DNA of 20,000 nt from Moniliella sp. 'wahieum' (lineage: Eukaryota), in the NCBI GenBank assembly GCA_003971905.1, contig RSEE01000139.1:120992-140991 (forward strand), given 5' to 3'. Positions within the stretch are counted from its first letter, which is position 1; every line of letters begins with the position of its first letter. Shown piece after piece: positions 1 to 11,593 of the stretch. A program made the translations under genes and the position numbers. The notes beneath the pieces are model-generated. The model made no database searches and was not told where the DNA came from. It worked only from the letters and a program-made list of their open reading frames with translations.

Positions 1-139
1 GCAATTCAGGGGAAGCCATGCCTGACATATTAATGTCAGATGTGAGCCACAGTAGAGATGGTGGCCAGCGCTCGCCGGTTGGAACCAGTTGAGATCGTGC
101 TTGCGCCGGAGCGCTGGCCAGACCAATGCGTCCGACCCG

Positions 140-620
140 TCCCGTCCGCAACTCGCGCTTACATACTCAGTCTACTTCCCCTCAAACTTTAACTTTGTCC
201 AGGGAGGTAAGCTGCCCGGACTTTACTCCTCCGTCGGGGCATCAGGTAATGTGCCGATCAATGCTTCTACCTCCGGCTGTGTGAAGGTGGGTCGCTCGAC
301 GGGACCGCACCTCCTGCTGGTCGGCTCGGGTGATGTGGCGCACAGGCGGCCAAGGCGAGATCTAAGTCTACATCCCCCAGAAGTTGGGGGGGGGTACAAG
401 CTTTGAGGGTTTCTCCATACTTCTTCTCCGCCATCTTCTAGTAAACGTTCATCCTGCCTCAGTGGTGTGCGATATCCATACTTGTGGGCAATCACCATCA
501 ATGTTAGGCGTAATGCTCAGCCTGTGCTACAACGGCATCGTGTGTGATCAATGCGAGTAGGTGGATACATATAGGTTCAATATCATGTCTGGTGTGCACC
601 ATCAGGATTGCCATCAGGAA
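140..620 (+). pseudogene. Degenerate polysaccharide lyase family 14 (alginate-lyase-like) remnant
   Basis: ORF 89-406 contains LTYSVYFPSNFNFVQGGKLPGLY. Another frame from about 312 reads SCWSARVMWRTGGQGEI*VYIP, matching the PL14 CFSxRxMWRxxGxGExYxYxP motif but with TAA (363-365) at the Tyr position. Boundaries are approximate. Confidence 0.7.
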
Positions 621-1615
621 ATGACCCCTGTGACGACCCTGACCGTGCAAGCGTCGCAGAAGCTCAGTCCTTTCGAAGACGGTACACCGGGCTATATAGG
701 CTGGCTCCAAGTGCTGCGTGAAAGAGGTACAAGAGTCTTGGGTATATGCGGAATGCTTCCATTGCCGTTTTCCTAAATTAGGAAATCAGAATGAAAGTGC
801 TCCAACTATGCACGGGCAAGCGGTCCCCAACGTACTGGCTGTTTGCCAGCATAAGTTTTGTAAGCGCAAAGGAGAGGACGAATCGACAACGAGAAGGAGG
901 AGACAAGTCTGATTTCATATCGGGAACGAGGCTTACGAGCGCATATAATCAAAGGAGGAGAGAACATATGCTCGTCAAAAGCATTGTCCATTGTTTCTGA
1001 GGGCTATAAATGCATTTCTGTGGCTAATATCGGGCGCAGCGGCAGGTGTTCCACAAGGTCGGTGTGGCCGGGCAAACGATGATGTGTGACGGGCGCCATA
1101 TTCCCATGACCGGCGGTGGAAGTTACGATTAGATAGGGACGACATCGCTTAGGTTGTACTATGACCTAACGGTGCATGTCCTTTGAGGATGAACAGGTCG
1201 TCGAATTTTAGGGCACCGAATGTATGTTTTAGTTGGCGCGGAGGGGTCCGGCTGGTCACTTATCAATCAAGACTTACACCCACCTGTAAATCCTAGGGAA
1301 AACAACGCACCGTTGTCTGCCTGGACCCCAGAGTCGAAGGCGGTCTTTGTTGGGACTACCAAAAGAATGTGTTGCCTCAGGCCTCATCAGCGTTTGCGAA
1401 GCCTGTATAAAGGAGCGCTCCACTCCCCCCCACCATCTACATAGCAGCAGCAAAACCCTACTGAGCCAAATGGATGAGGATATTTCAACATTGCAATCAC
1501 AAGCGGAACCAGCGCCGAAATTTTGTGACCGGGCGGAATGGGCAGCGGGATGGCGCAACTGTCCTCAGGAAGAAGAGTTTGCTGGCCCCCACCACACCCA
1601 ATTCTGCTCCCCATC

Positions 1616-2531
1616 ATGTCAGGTTTGCCAGCTAAGCCCACCGCGCCCATGGGCAACGTTCCTGCCGCCGAGCCCACCGAGCCTACCGCTTCGCCACCCC
1701 AAGCCTTCCTCTGCGTCCAACGACGAGGAGGCGGGGGACAAGACGGTGTTTGATGACCAGGAAAATTTTACTCTCTCGCACCCGCTTGCTTCCACCTGGA
1801 CCATGTACGCCGACCTGCCCAGCTCCAATCGCCGCGCCACCTCTTCTTCCTGGGGCCAAACGATGGAGAAGCTGGCCGACGTGGACACAGTCGAGGCGTT
1901 CACTGGGTACGTGCCAACCCTTTTCCGAACCCTTCTTTTTCCACCCCCTCCCCTCCCCTTGGCGCAGCACGAAAGCTAACCACGAACCACTGCTGTCAGT
2001 CTGTTCCACCATGTGCCTGCGCCGACGCAGCTTGGCCAAAAAATGACTTTTTACCTTTTCCGGGATGGAATTCAGCCGGCCTGGGAAGACAAGGGGAACG
2101 TTGGTGGTGGCTCATGGAACGTGCAGTTCCCCAGGGACAAGCGGCGAGCAAGATTGATGACATGTGCGCAACACGATGCTTGCCGCGATTGGCGAGACGT
2201 TGGACATTCCTTTCCCCTCGGCGCGCGTCCGATCCAGAACCTGGACAAGGCCCCCTCGGTCGTGGCTGGCGTCGCGTTGGCGGCGCGGCCGAACTTTTAC
2301 CGTATTTCTATCTGGACCGCTCGCCGCCGGATGCGAACAAGAATGCGGAGGATGATGTGGCGCGCATCGGCCAGCGCACGTACGATGTCGGCTTGAACTT
2401 CAAGGTCCATGCTCTTGGCTTTACGCAGGAAGAAAGGTTGAGACCGCTACGGCTCCGAGGTCGAGTTCCAGTCCATGAGGATGCAGGTCCGGAACAAGGG
2501 CCGCAAGGGTAAAAGTGGGCGTTTAGGTTAA
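1616..2531 (+). CDS. eIF4E: Eukaryotic translation initiation factor 4E family protein (one intron; several apparent frameshifts)
   Basis: Motifs HPLASTWTMY, SSSWGQTM, DTVEAFTGLF (after splicing), YLFRDGIQPAWED, GGGSW, NTMLAAIGE and YRISIW occur in eIF4E order across ORFs 1347-1979, 2013-2396, 2114-2512 and 2164-2355. ATG at 1616 lies in a ccatcATG context. Start and stop are approximate. Confidence 0.9.
1907..1999 (+). other. Spliceosomal intron in eIF4E gene
   Basis: GTACGT donor at 1907, pyrimidine tract, GCTAAC branch site at 1975-1980, CAG acceptor ending at 1999. Splicing gives F-T-G-L-F-H-H-V-P-A-P in frame. Confidence 0.9.
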
Positions 2532-2948
2532 CCCTTTCGTGTAGTAGTCTACCGACCGCGTCTCTTCTTCCTCTGCTCTTCCCCCTCGTGCGAGACTCTA
2601 CAGTGGAGTGGTAGAGCGCTCTGCCTGTGAGCCGCTAGACCCTAACTGCCGGCCCCTACAGCTTACATGCCCCCAACCCATGGCCATTTCTCTTGTGCCG
2701 CTATTTCTACGAATCCCTTTTCTCCCTCGTGGGCTTGTGCTTCTGCGTCACGTTATTCGGATGTCATCTTGTCTACACCAACTCCCAAAAGCCATGCATC
2801 TTGCTTGTTCTTGCCCAACATGTCACATGTTGCCAATGCAGCTCCGTGCGTTCCAGGACCACAAGGCGTTCGGCTGGAAAAGGTTCGAGCCCTCGGTTGG
2901 CTGGACTGGATACTAGGCACTGGGAAGCGGGCAGTTGCATCTTATAGG

Positions 2949-4670
2949 GGCTCAGGCGCTCAGGCGCTCAGGCTGAGCTATGATATTGACGGATGACTTG
3001 GACGACCGACAGGAGAATGCGTGGGAGGCCTTGCCGCCGCGAAACGGGGGCCAATGTACCTAGCCCGTTAAACTACTCGATTGGTTGGTCCGGTAGTTAG
3101 GGGTCAGTACTCAGTCGCTGACCCGATCAGAATGTGTTGAGCGTTAGTACGTTGAATGTTACGCTTATACGCCAACGCGTCAACGTTCACGTTAAGCGTT
3201 AAGCGCTAAGCCTTAAGTAGCGCAGCAGAGAGAAGAGCCGCGGCTTCCTAGGGACTTGAAGAGCTTGAAGCTTGAAGCTTGACACCCAGGGTTGGATGGA
3301 GTAGGTCGATTAAATACCGAATGAACCAGGGGCACCAGCAGGGACACTCAAGGAAGGGGCAGGGACGCCGACGCTAAGTACGTTAAACGTTAAACGTTGA
3401 ACGTTGAAGCTTTGAAGCTCATCTGGGCAAGATGGCCAGATAGAAGGATGCCCTTGGAAACGGTGCAAAACAGGGAGGGAGCATCGAGCACACGGCTATG
3501 CTGGTGCCGCACGTGCTGGCCCAGAAGAGGCGGTGTACGGAATATAAGGATGTGCGCCTCCATCATGCATCGCTAGCACTAGTCACTAGCTCGTTAGGAA
3601 AAGTGAATGAGTGCGCTGCCTTCGACGGCCTGGGTCTTCTGAAGCAGGGCGCAGTGCGGGAACGCCGTAGCTTGAACAATGGCCCCGTGGTGCAGATGTG
3701 CAAGTTGCGCCAGACCGCCAGTTTGATCGCAGCTGGTACCAGTAAGTTGGTACTAATACTTCGTGGACTCTGTACTCAGTGTACTCACGTACTTAAGAGT
3801 TGAGTTACTCACAGTACCTCAAGCCTCAGGCGGCCTCAGGCTCAGTACCGAGTACTGATTAATAACTGATTGCATCGGCTGCTGCGTGGCGCCTCGGAGC
3901 GTTAGAGAGTACGTATCTCAGAGAGAGGATCTCAGATGTCATCATGTCATCGAATCGACGATCTCGGTACGGAGTCGGGACTTGTTAGTAGTGACTAGTG
4001 ACTAGTGACTAGTGGCTCCAGCTAGTGACGAGTGACTAGTGACTAGTAACGCGTAACGCTTCATAACGATGGGACGTTGGGAGTGGTTGGAACGCCCCAT
4101 GCGCAGCGCCGACAGCCTCCATTGCCGGTTTCATAACCTCTTCAGTTTAATCGAATCCCTGTCGCTCCCTACCACCCTACCTTACGAGCTTTGATGTGCC
4201 CCGTACCGGTGACGGATGGTGGGTGGTTGATACTCAAAACGGAATGTACTGAATCGATAGTCGATAGTCCTTGGTAAATTTGAAAGCTCAATAGCGAATG
4301 CAGTGCCCCGTGCTGAGTGGCTGAGCCTTGCTGCGCCGTTGCGGGCATGTTGAGCAGCGGCCTGCAGCGGCTGAGCGGCTGCCTGCGCCTGCTGCGCCCG
4401 CTCTGGAACCTGGGGTGTCCGGTGTGTGGCTTGAAAAATCCCGAAGATAGGGGCGGGAACGCCCATTGTACTACGTTCAACGTTCAACGTAGTGTTCGTT
4501 CGAACGTCGTTGAGGTTGAACTTGATGCGGTTCTCATCGATCATCGACTATCGACCATCGATTCTCCATGATGATGTTGATGATGCAGATGCCGGGGGCA
4601 TCTGGTGCATCGTTCTTTGATGCTGGGATGGTCGATGGGGGCTCTGACGCATCCTCAGGCTCAGGCCTCA
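2949..4670. repeat. Intergenic field of short 7-nt-period tandem microrepeats with palindromic cores
   Basis: AAGCTTG repeats at 3262-3282, AACGTTR at 3380-3407, GTACT-based units at 3772-3857, GACTAGT at 3993-4013 and 4034-4047, CGATAGT at 4254-4268, AACGTTC at 4473-4490, ATCGAYY at 4536-4562. Confidence 0.8.
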
Positions 4671-5442
4671 TGAAGACGAAGTCTGAATACTCAGACTTAC
4701 TGATGCTAAACAGACTCATACGCAATCGCTCTAAGATCCCATCGCGCTCAGTCGAACAGCGATCTTACCGTCTTGCCCGTGTGTGGACGGAGATCCAAGA
4801 ACCTCCTCTGCTTGGTTTTCGGGGCCGACGGGTCGAAGGGTGTCCCAGTGTTGGGAACGTTGAGCGGGGAGTACATGGTGCAGACATAATACGTACCTGG
4901 TGGGGGGTGTGGCCTGGTGTGGCCTGGTGCACCTGGGAGGCAGGCTGGCTGGCAGCAGCCATCGGCGCAGTGTAGCGCACATCATGCATGATCGTCATGC
5001 ACCATGCCGTCGCACCTGTGGCGTTAAGCTTTAGAGCGAAGGCTTAGCGCTGTTGCGCTTTAATCCTCTGCCTCCTTGCGCATCCAGCGCACTGGCCCCG
5101 CGCCGTTGCTCCCACCACTGAGCCCTGGCGCTCTCCCTCCGTTATTGCGTGCGGCAGCGCATCCGGCACCAGCGCACACTGCCCCGCGCCCATGCACGGC
5201 GCCACCCGCAGGCGAGTGCCTGGCCACCCGTCACAGACTGCAGTCCCTCGCGACTAGCTAGCACTATCCGCCATCAGTGCATCCGCCAGCGCAAGCCCCG
5301 CGCCCTGCCCTTTCCTGCCGCCGTTCCGACACAACACGCGTCCTCCGGCAGCAGCCTCCAACCAACCCACTCCCTCCTCCATCCAGTGCCCCCCGCTGGG
5401 CCCCCCCACCGCTCCCATCCCCTGCTCCCGCCACCACCATCG

Positions 5443-7642
5443 ATGCAGCCAAGCATTCCGCTCAAGCGTTTCGACACGGGCGAGTCGGATGAGTCGGCCA
5501 TCGACACCGGCATGGGCGAGGGCATGGAGGAGGTCCACCCCGGCGGCATGCCCACCAAAGTGTTCAGCTGGCCGCCCGACACCAAGGTATCCGACGACGC
5601 CCCCTGGACTCACATCGTCCCCGTGCGGACCAAGGACACCAGCGACGACCATGCTGCCCAGGCGGAAATCGAGAGTGGCGACCGCTTTCCTCTCGAGGAC
5701 CAGCAGGACGTCCTCGATGTCTTGGGCGGCGGACTTGTCTCCCATCTCAATCTCTGGCGCGGGCAGAAGGCTTCCTTTGGCGACTTGTCCGGTGTCCCTA
5801 CTGCCCAGCAGGAGCTCTTTCATCTCCCTGCCGGCTTGCGCAAGGGGCTCAAGCAACGACAGTACGTTCTCTACCCCCGCTCGCACTGCTGCCGCTGACT
5901 TTTCTCCCTCCACAGTGTACAGAGTGAGTCGTGATTTTTTGTTCTTCCGTATTGTGCGAGATGGTGATGGGGAAGGTTGGACCATCGATCAAAACGCTAA
6001 CCAACGAGAGGCTAGTGATCGCCCTCAGCTCTGTGATTGCCGGCGGGATTTTCCTCCAGACGGGACATACCCTGGCTGTTGCCGGCCCGCTCTCCCTCTT
6101 GATCGCGTATCTTTTGACAGGCGGACTGATTGCGTGCGTGATACTGTGCGAGGCCGAGCTTGCCAGTTTAGCCCCTGTCTCGGGCTTTTACGTACGGCAC
6201 CCGTCCATGTGGCTGGATGAGGCAGTTGCGTTCGCCACGGGCTGGGCCATCGTGGTAGGCAACGCACTGGCGCTTGCGCCGGCCGAACTAATCTCCTGTG
6301 CCCAGATGGCACTCTACTGGGGGAATGTCTCCCCTGCCGTCCTAATCACCGTCATGGCCACTCTGATTGTGGCATCCAACGTGTTTATGCTACGCATCAT
6401 GGGGGAGGTGGAGGTGGTAGCAGCAGTGTTCAAACTGATCTTTATCATCATGCTTGTCATTCTCAGCATCTGCCTCGCCTCGACCTAGGTGCCGGGCCCA
6501 AGGGGGAACGGATCGGGTTCCGGTACTGGACCGCGCCCGATGGGCCCATGCGATCTTTTCTTCTCCCAGGGGCGAGTGGCAGGTTTTTGGGCGTTTGGCA
6601 AGCGGCCATCACCAGCGTTTACACTTTCACCACCATCGACGCTACGTTTGTTGCCGCTGCTGAGCTCGAGGCTCCACGACGCAACATCCCCAAAGCTGCC
6701 AAACGGTAGGTGCCTTTCCCTCTACGCATTCGCTTGTCTTGCGGTAGCAGATGACTGACAAGCAGGCAGTGTGTTTATTCGCGTTTTTGTCCTTTATAAC
6801 CTGCTCATCATCCATGGGGCTCATCGTCTCCTCCGTGACCCACGGTTGAACCGTACCGTAGGGACCCAACAGAGCGTCTTTGTCATTGCGGTCGAAACAG
6901 CTGGCATCAAAGCCATGCCCAGCATCATTAGTACGTCCTCTTGTCCCTTGCTCCGCCGGCCTTTCTCCATCCACAAGAAATTGACAAGTTGGATCACAGA
7001 CGTTTGTGTCATCGCTTCATCCTGGAGCGCAGCCAACTCGTTTGTCCTTGCAGGTTCGCGTACCTTGGTAAGCCTTTCTGAGGAAGGATATGCCCCCAAG
7101 GCGTTTACCAAGATTCACAAGTTTGGCGTGCCCTGGGTCGCGGTTTTGACCATGTGCATTTGCTTTTTTGGCCTTTCTTTCTGGCCATGTCTTCGCGCGC
7201 CACTTCCATTTTCAACTGGTTTGTCCAGTGCGTGGCCAGTGTGTACCTTTGGACATACTCGGTAATCTGCCTTACCTCGATCCGCGTACAACGCGGGATG
7301 AAGGTGCAGGGAATCAAACGTTCTTCCCTTCCCTGGAGTATGAGGGGGCAACCGTACATTGCCTACGTTGGACTGAGCGGCTGCCTCCTCCTCCTTCTCA
7401 GCAACGGAATCCAGATTATGGTCCCGGGTCACTTTTCCGTCCCGGCGCTCCTCTCTCTCGTACTTGGCTCCATTGGTTCTGCTAGGCGTCACGGCCCTGT
7501 ACAAATTCTGGTACCGTACCACCATTGTACCAGTGGAGGAGATGCCAATTCAACCCTGGATCATCCAACATATCATGAACCCCGAACCTCCTGCCCCTCG
7601 TTTGAGAGGTGGCGCCGCCTCCTCGTTTTCCTCTGGGCATGA
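5443..7642 (+). CDS. Amino acid permease (APC superfamily, fungal YAT type); four introns; apparent frameshifts
   Basis: Spliced N-terminal region reads LRKGLKQRHVQMIALSSVIAGGIFL, followed by AGPLSLLIAY, ELASLAPVSG, AVAFATGW, GEVE, SVFVIA, SAANSFVLAGSRTL and GVPWVAV. Introns at 5862-5915, 5924-6015, 6706-6769 and 6931-6999 all have GT..AG ends and branch-like sites. Confidence 0.92.
5916..5923 (+). other. 8-nt microexon of the permease gene
   Basis: TGTACAGA lies between a CACAG acceptor (ends 5915) and a GTGAGT donor (5924). Including it restores the conserved RHVQMIA motif. Confidence 0.85.
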
Positions 7643-9462
7643 GTGCCTTCACCATTTTCTCCTCCTGTATCATAATATCTTGCCCCCATCAATTCTCTGG
7701 ATCCAACTGTTACGTGGGGAGTGAGACTCTTGAGGTTCATAGTCGCGCATAGCTAGTCACAAGGCAGCCCACAGGGGGCTCTAATCCGCCAAGCTGGACG
7801 ATTGATGGATCGGTTTCCCACCAACGGTGGGATCAACGAGGATAAAAAACTCAGGATCGTGTTGCCAACGGAACGAGGCCGACCAAAGACAACAGGGAGG
7901 AAGAAAGGAAAAGAGACACCGAAGCATATAAACTTGATGCGTTCGTTTTTGTAACGGCCCATTGAACAAGGGGTCAACTCCTATACTTGCTTCCATGCAC
8001 CGTCGACCGTACAGGCGGATTGTAGGGAGATTGAAGCAACAGAGGATACCATGGATGCAATAGAACAGATAATCCACCGGCAGTGGGGATATAGGGGTCA
8101 AATACATCTCATCCACCAACCCATGTTGTGAGTGGTGGCAGAGTGGGTGGACATGACGACGGTCAAAGCCTTGGCACATCAAAAGGGTGTGGGGGGGGTC
8201 ACGGCATGAAGAAACAGGCGGTAACGATGAGAACACACACAGAAGCGAGGAGAAATGATTGCTTGCGCGAGCAGGGTGGAGGTGGCCTGGGGGGGACGGG
8301 GAAATGAACAACTCAATGTGTACCGGCTCCCTGCGGGTTGGCCTCCCCGTTTGGTACACGTCGAATTCTGTTTTGGGGCTTCGATGTCAGGGCTCTCAGC
8401 AAGGTAAAACCGGGCGGAGCATGAAAATGACTTCAGTGCCAGGTCGCCCCCCGACCCACGGCAGATGGATAGGTCGGACGAAGGATGCATACCGAGCGCT
8501 GTTTGTGGGCTTCTACCGCTGATGCTCGTGCCGGGACGCTGCCTCAACTAGGGAAATGGTAACGGGGTCATCCGGCACTTGCAGGATGATACTGTTGATG
8601 CCGAACTGCGCGCTTCCCGCCACCATACTAGGACACGCGTTGGATCCCGAATTGGCCCAGGGCAGCCCTACGCATGGGACACGCACAAGATAGGACCGCG
8701 CATGTCGTGGTCAGTTGCATGGGGAAAGAGGGTGAAAGGGGGGCATCGCGCGGCGGTAGAGCAGACATCTGATTCTCGATTGTCTCTGCGAACTCAGTCA
8801 GCATGAATGGCGTGCATGACTCAGCACGGTGATCTTGCAACCAAAGACACACCCAGCCGATTTCGCGCCGTGTTTGGCTGCATCTGGTGCAAGGGCCAAG
8901 GCGAGACGCATCCCCCGCTAGCCCATCACCCTGCACGGCTGCCCGGCGGCGTCGACGTGATTGGCTCCCGTTAGCGCCACATGATGTGCGTGCATGACCT
9001 CGACTGGCAGCGTCGACGGCGCGCAGAGACGGAAGGATGACATGGATGGCAGCAAACAAGAAGACCAGCGGGCCGACACGGTGGCGATGGCGGTGGCGGG
9101 GCGCAGTCCGGTGACAGGAACCGATTTGCGGGGAACGGACTCGACTCCCGGCGCCCTACGGCCTAGAGCTGCACTACACACCGAGAGCTGCCCCACCGGC
9201 CTGGCCCGGACCGGCGTCCTTGTGTGGGGTAAACGTTTAAAGAGGGGAGGTTCTGTCGGCGAATACACGCCGCAGCACGGCGTTGGGTGGCACCCAACCA
9301 GTGTCGGCGCAATGCAACCCTAGTGGGCATGCACGTTCTCACTGAGCCCGCTTCCCGCGGCCCCCACCCCCCCGCGGACGCGTGCCGGGCGTGTGGCGTT
9401 AGCATTCAATATTGAGCCAAGTCCCCGACAGCGCCCGCGCCTGCTCCCACCCACCTGCCGTC

Positions 9463-11309
9463 ATGTCTGCCGAGATCCCTGCTGTCAACGACGACGTCTA
9501 CCAGGGTGCCATTGGCATCGACCTGGGCACCACCTTCTCCTGCGTCGGCTGGTGGACCAACGAGCGTGTCGAGATTGCCAACGACCAGGGCAACCGCACG
9601 ACCCCCTCCTATGTCGCCTTCACCGACTCGGAGCGTCTCATTGGTGATGCTGCCAAGAACCAGGCAGCAATGAACCCGCGCCAGACTGTGTTCGATGCCA
9701 AGCGTCTCATTGGCCGCCGCTTCGACGACCCCGATGTCAAGAAGGACATGGCCACTGGCCGTTCACCGTCGCTGACCGCGATGGCTCCCCCGTCATCGAG
9801 GTGGAGTACCTCGGCGAGAAGAAGCATTCACGCCCCAGGAAATCTCTGCCATGGTTTTTGACCAAGATGAAGGAGATTGCTGAGGCCAAATTGGCAAGGA
9901 GGTCAAGAAGGCGGTTGTCACTGTCCCTGCCTACTTCAACGACTCGCAGCGTCTTGCCACCAAGGATGCGGGTTCCATTGCCGGCCTTGAGGTGCTCCGT
10001 ATCATCAACGAGCCCACTGCCGCCGCCATTGCGTATGGTCTCGACTCGAAGTCGGCGGAGGAGAAGAACGTGCTCATCTTTGACTTGGGTGGTGGTACCT
10101 TCGATGTGTCGCTTTTGAACATCACGGGCGGTGTATTCGCTGTCAAGGCTACCGCCGGTGACACCCACCTTGGTGGTGAGGACTTTGACAATGCTCTCCT
10201 TGAGCACTTCAAGGCGGACTTCCAAAAGAAGACCGGCCACGACATCTCGGGCGATGCTCGTGCTGTGCGGCGTCTGCGCTCGGCCTGCGAGCGTGCCAAG
10301 CGCACTCTCTCGTCACTCACCCAGACCACTGTTGAGGTTGACTCTCTGTTCCAGGTGAGGACTACGAGGCCAGCATCACGCGTGCCCGCTTCGAGTCGAT
10401 CAACGCGGCTGCGTTCAAGGGTACCCTCGACCCTGTGGCCAAGGTGCTGAAGGACTCGAAGATCCCCGCCGACAAGGTGGACGACATTGTTCTGGTTGGA
10501 GGCTCGACGCGTATTCCCAAGATCAGTCGCTCGTGTCGGAATTCTTTGGTGGCCGTCAGCTCAACAAGTCGATCAACCCCGATGAGGCGGTTGCGTACGG
10601 TGCTGCGGTCCAGGCCGCCGTGCTGACGGGCCAGACGTCCGACAAGACGGCCAACCTGCTCCTGCTCGACGTGGCGCCCCTCTCGCTGGGTGTGGCCATG
10701 CAGGGCGATGTGTTTGGTGTCGTGGTTCCCCGCAACAACGCCCATCCCCAGCAACAAGTCGCGTGTCTTCACCACGGTTGAGGACAACCAGACGCAGGTT
10801 ACGTTCCCCGTGTACGAGGGCGAGCGCACCCAATGCAAGGACAACCGTCTGCTGGGTGAGTTTGAGCTGACTGGCATCCCCCCCGCACCTAAGGGCACGG
10901 TGGAGCTGCTCACCACTTTCGAGGTGGACGCCAACGGTCTCCTCAAGGTCACTGCCCAAGAAAAGACCTCGGGCCGTAAGGCCAACATCACCATCACCAA
11001 CTCTGTCGGCCGTCTTTCGAGCGCAGAGATTGAACAGATGATTAAGGACTCGGAGAATTTCAAGGCCTCGGACAAGGAGTTCCAGGCACGCCACGATGCC
11101 AAGAACGACCTGGAGGCGTATGTGAACCAGGTAGAAACCACCATCTCCAGCCCTACCGCCAACTTTAAACGTGCGGCCAAGAACCAGATCGAGACGGAGC
11201 TGGCCAAGGCGCTCGAAGTGCGACTTGGACGACGCCAAGGCGGACGACTTCCGCCGTGCTTCGCTTCGCCTCAAACGGTCTAGCAGAAGCCATGTCGGGC
11301 GGCCGTTAA
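9463..11309 (+). CDS. SSB: Ribosome-associated Hsp70, SSB type (intronless; multiple apparent frameshifts)
   Basis: Motifs [101 protein letters not shown] and [15 protein letters not shown]. The C-terminus ends KAMSGGR* with no EEVD, as in SSB proteins. Confidence 0.95.
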
Positions 11310-11593
11310 GAAAGGCTTTAGTCCTTGTTCCAAAAGGTCCTCATCGCGATTCCCTCTCCTATTCTCCTGAGGTCCTACTAGGTTCTCCGTGAATCGCCTG
11401 CGCCTCATGCTCAGTCTAGGCTCATAGGGTCAGGCTCGGATTTGGTTCTCTCGCGTCAAGCATATACGCAGCAATAAAAAAGAGAAAAAATACTGGTTGA
11501 AAAGGGAATTGATCACGAGGGCTCCAAGGAGCCGCGGTCTAGTGCTACGCACTGGTCTGCCGTAGGACAGCTGAGAGATACTACTACGCGATC

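Noticed and set aside
2608..5261. Short ORFs across the microrepeat region
   Set aside because: Low-complexity translations with no family motifs.
6931..6999. Stop-free 69-nt in-frame segment read as coding in the ORF track
   Set aside because: It has a GTACGT donor, a TTGAC branch-like site and a CAG acceptor, and removing it restores the conserved PSIIN motif, so it is an intron.
7753..9405. Several 70-190 aa ORFs between the permease and SSB
   Set aside because: No recognisable motifs or clear gene structure; treated as intergenic or promoter DNA.
10362..11274. Long antisense ORFs opposite Hsp70
   Set aside because: A familiar by-product of codon bias in GC-rich Hsp70 genes; no independent support.
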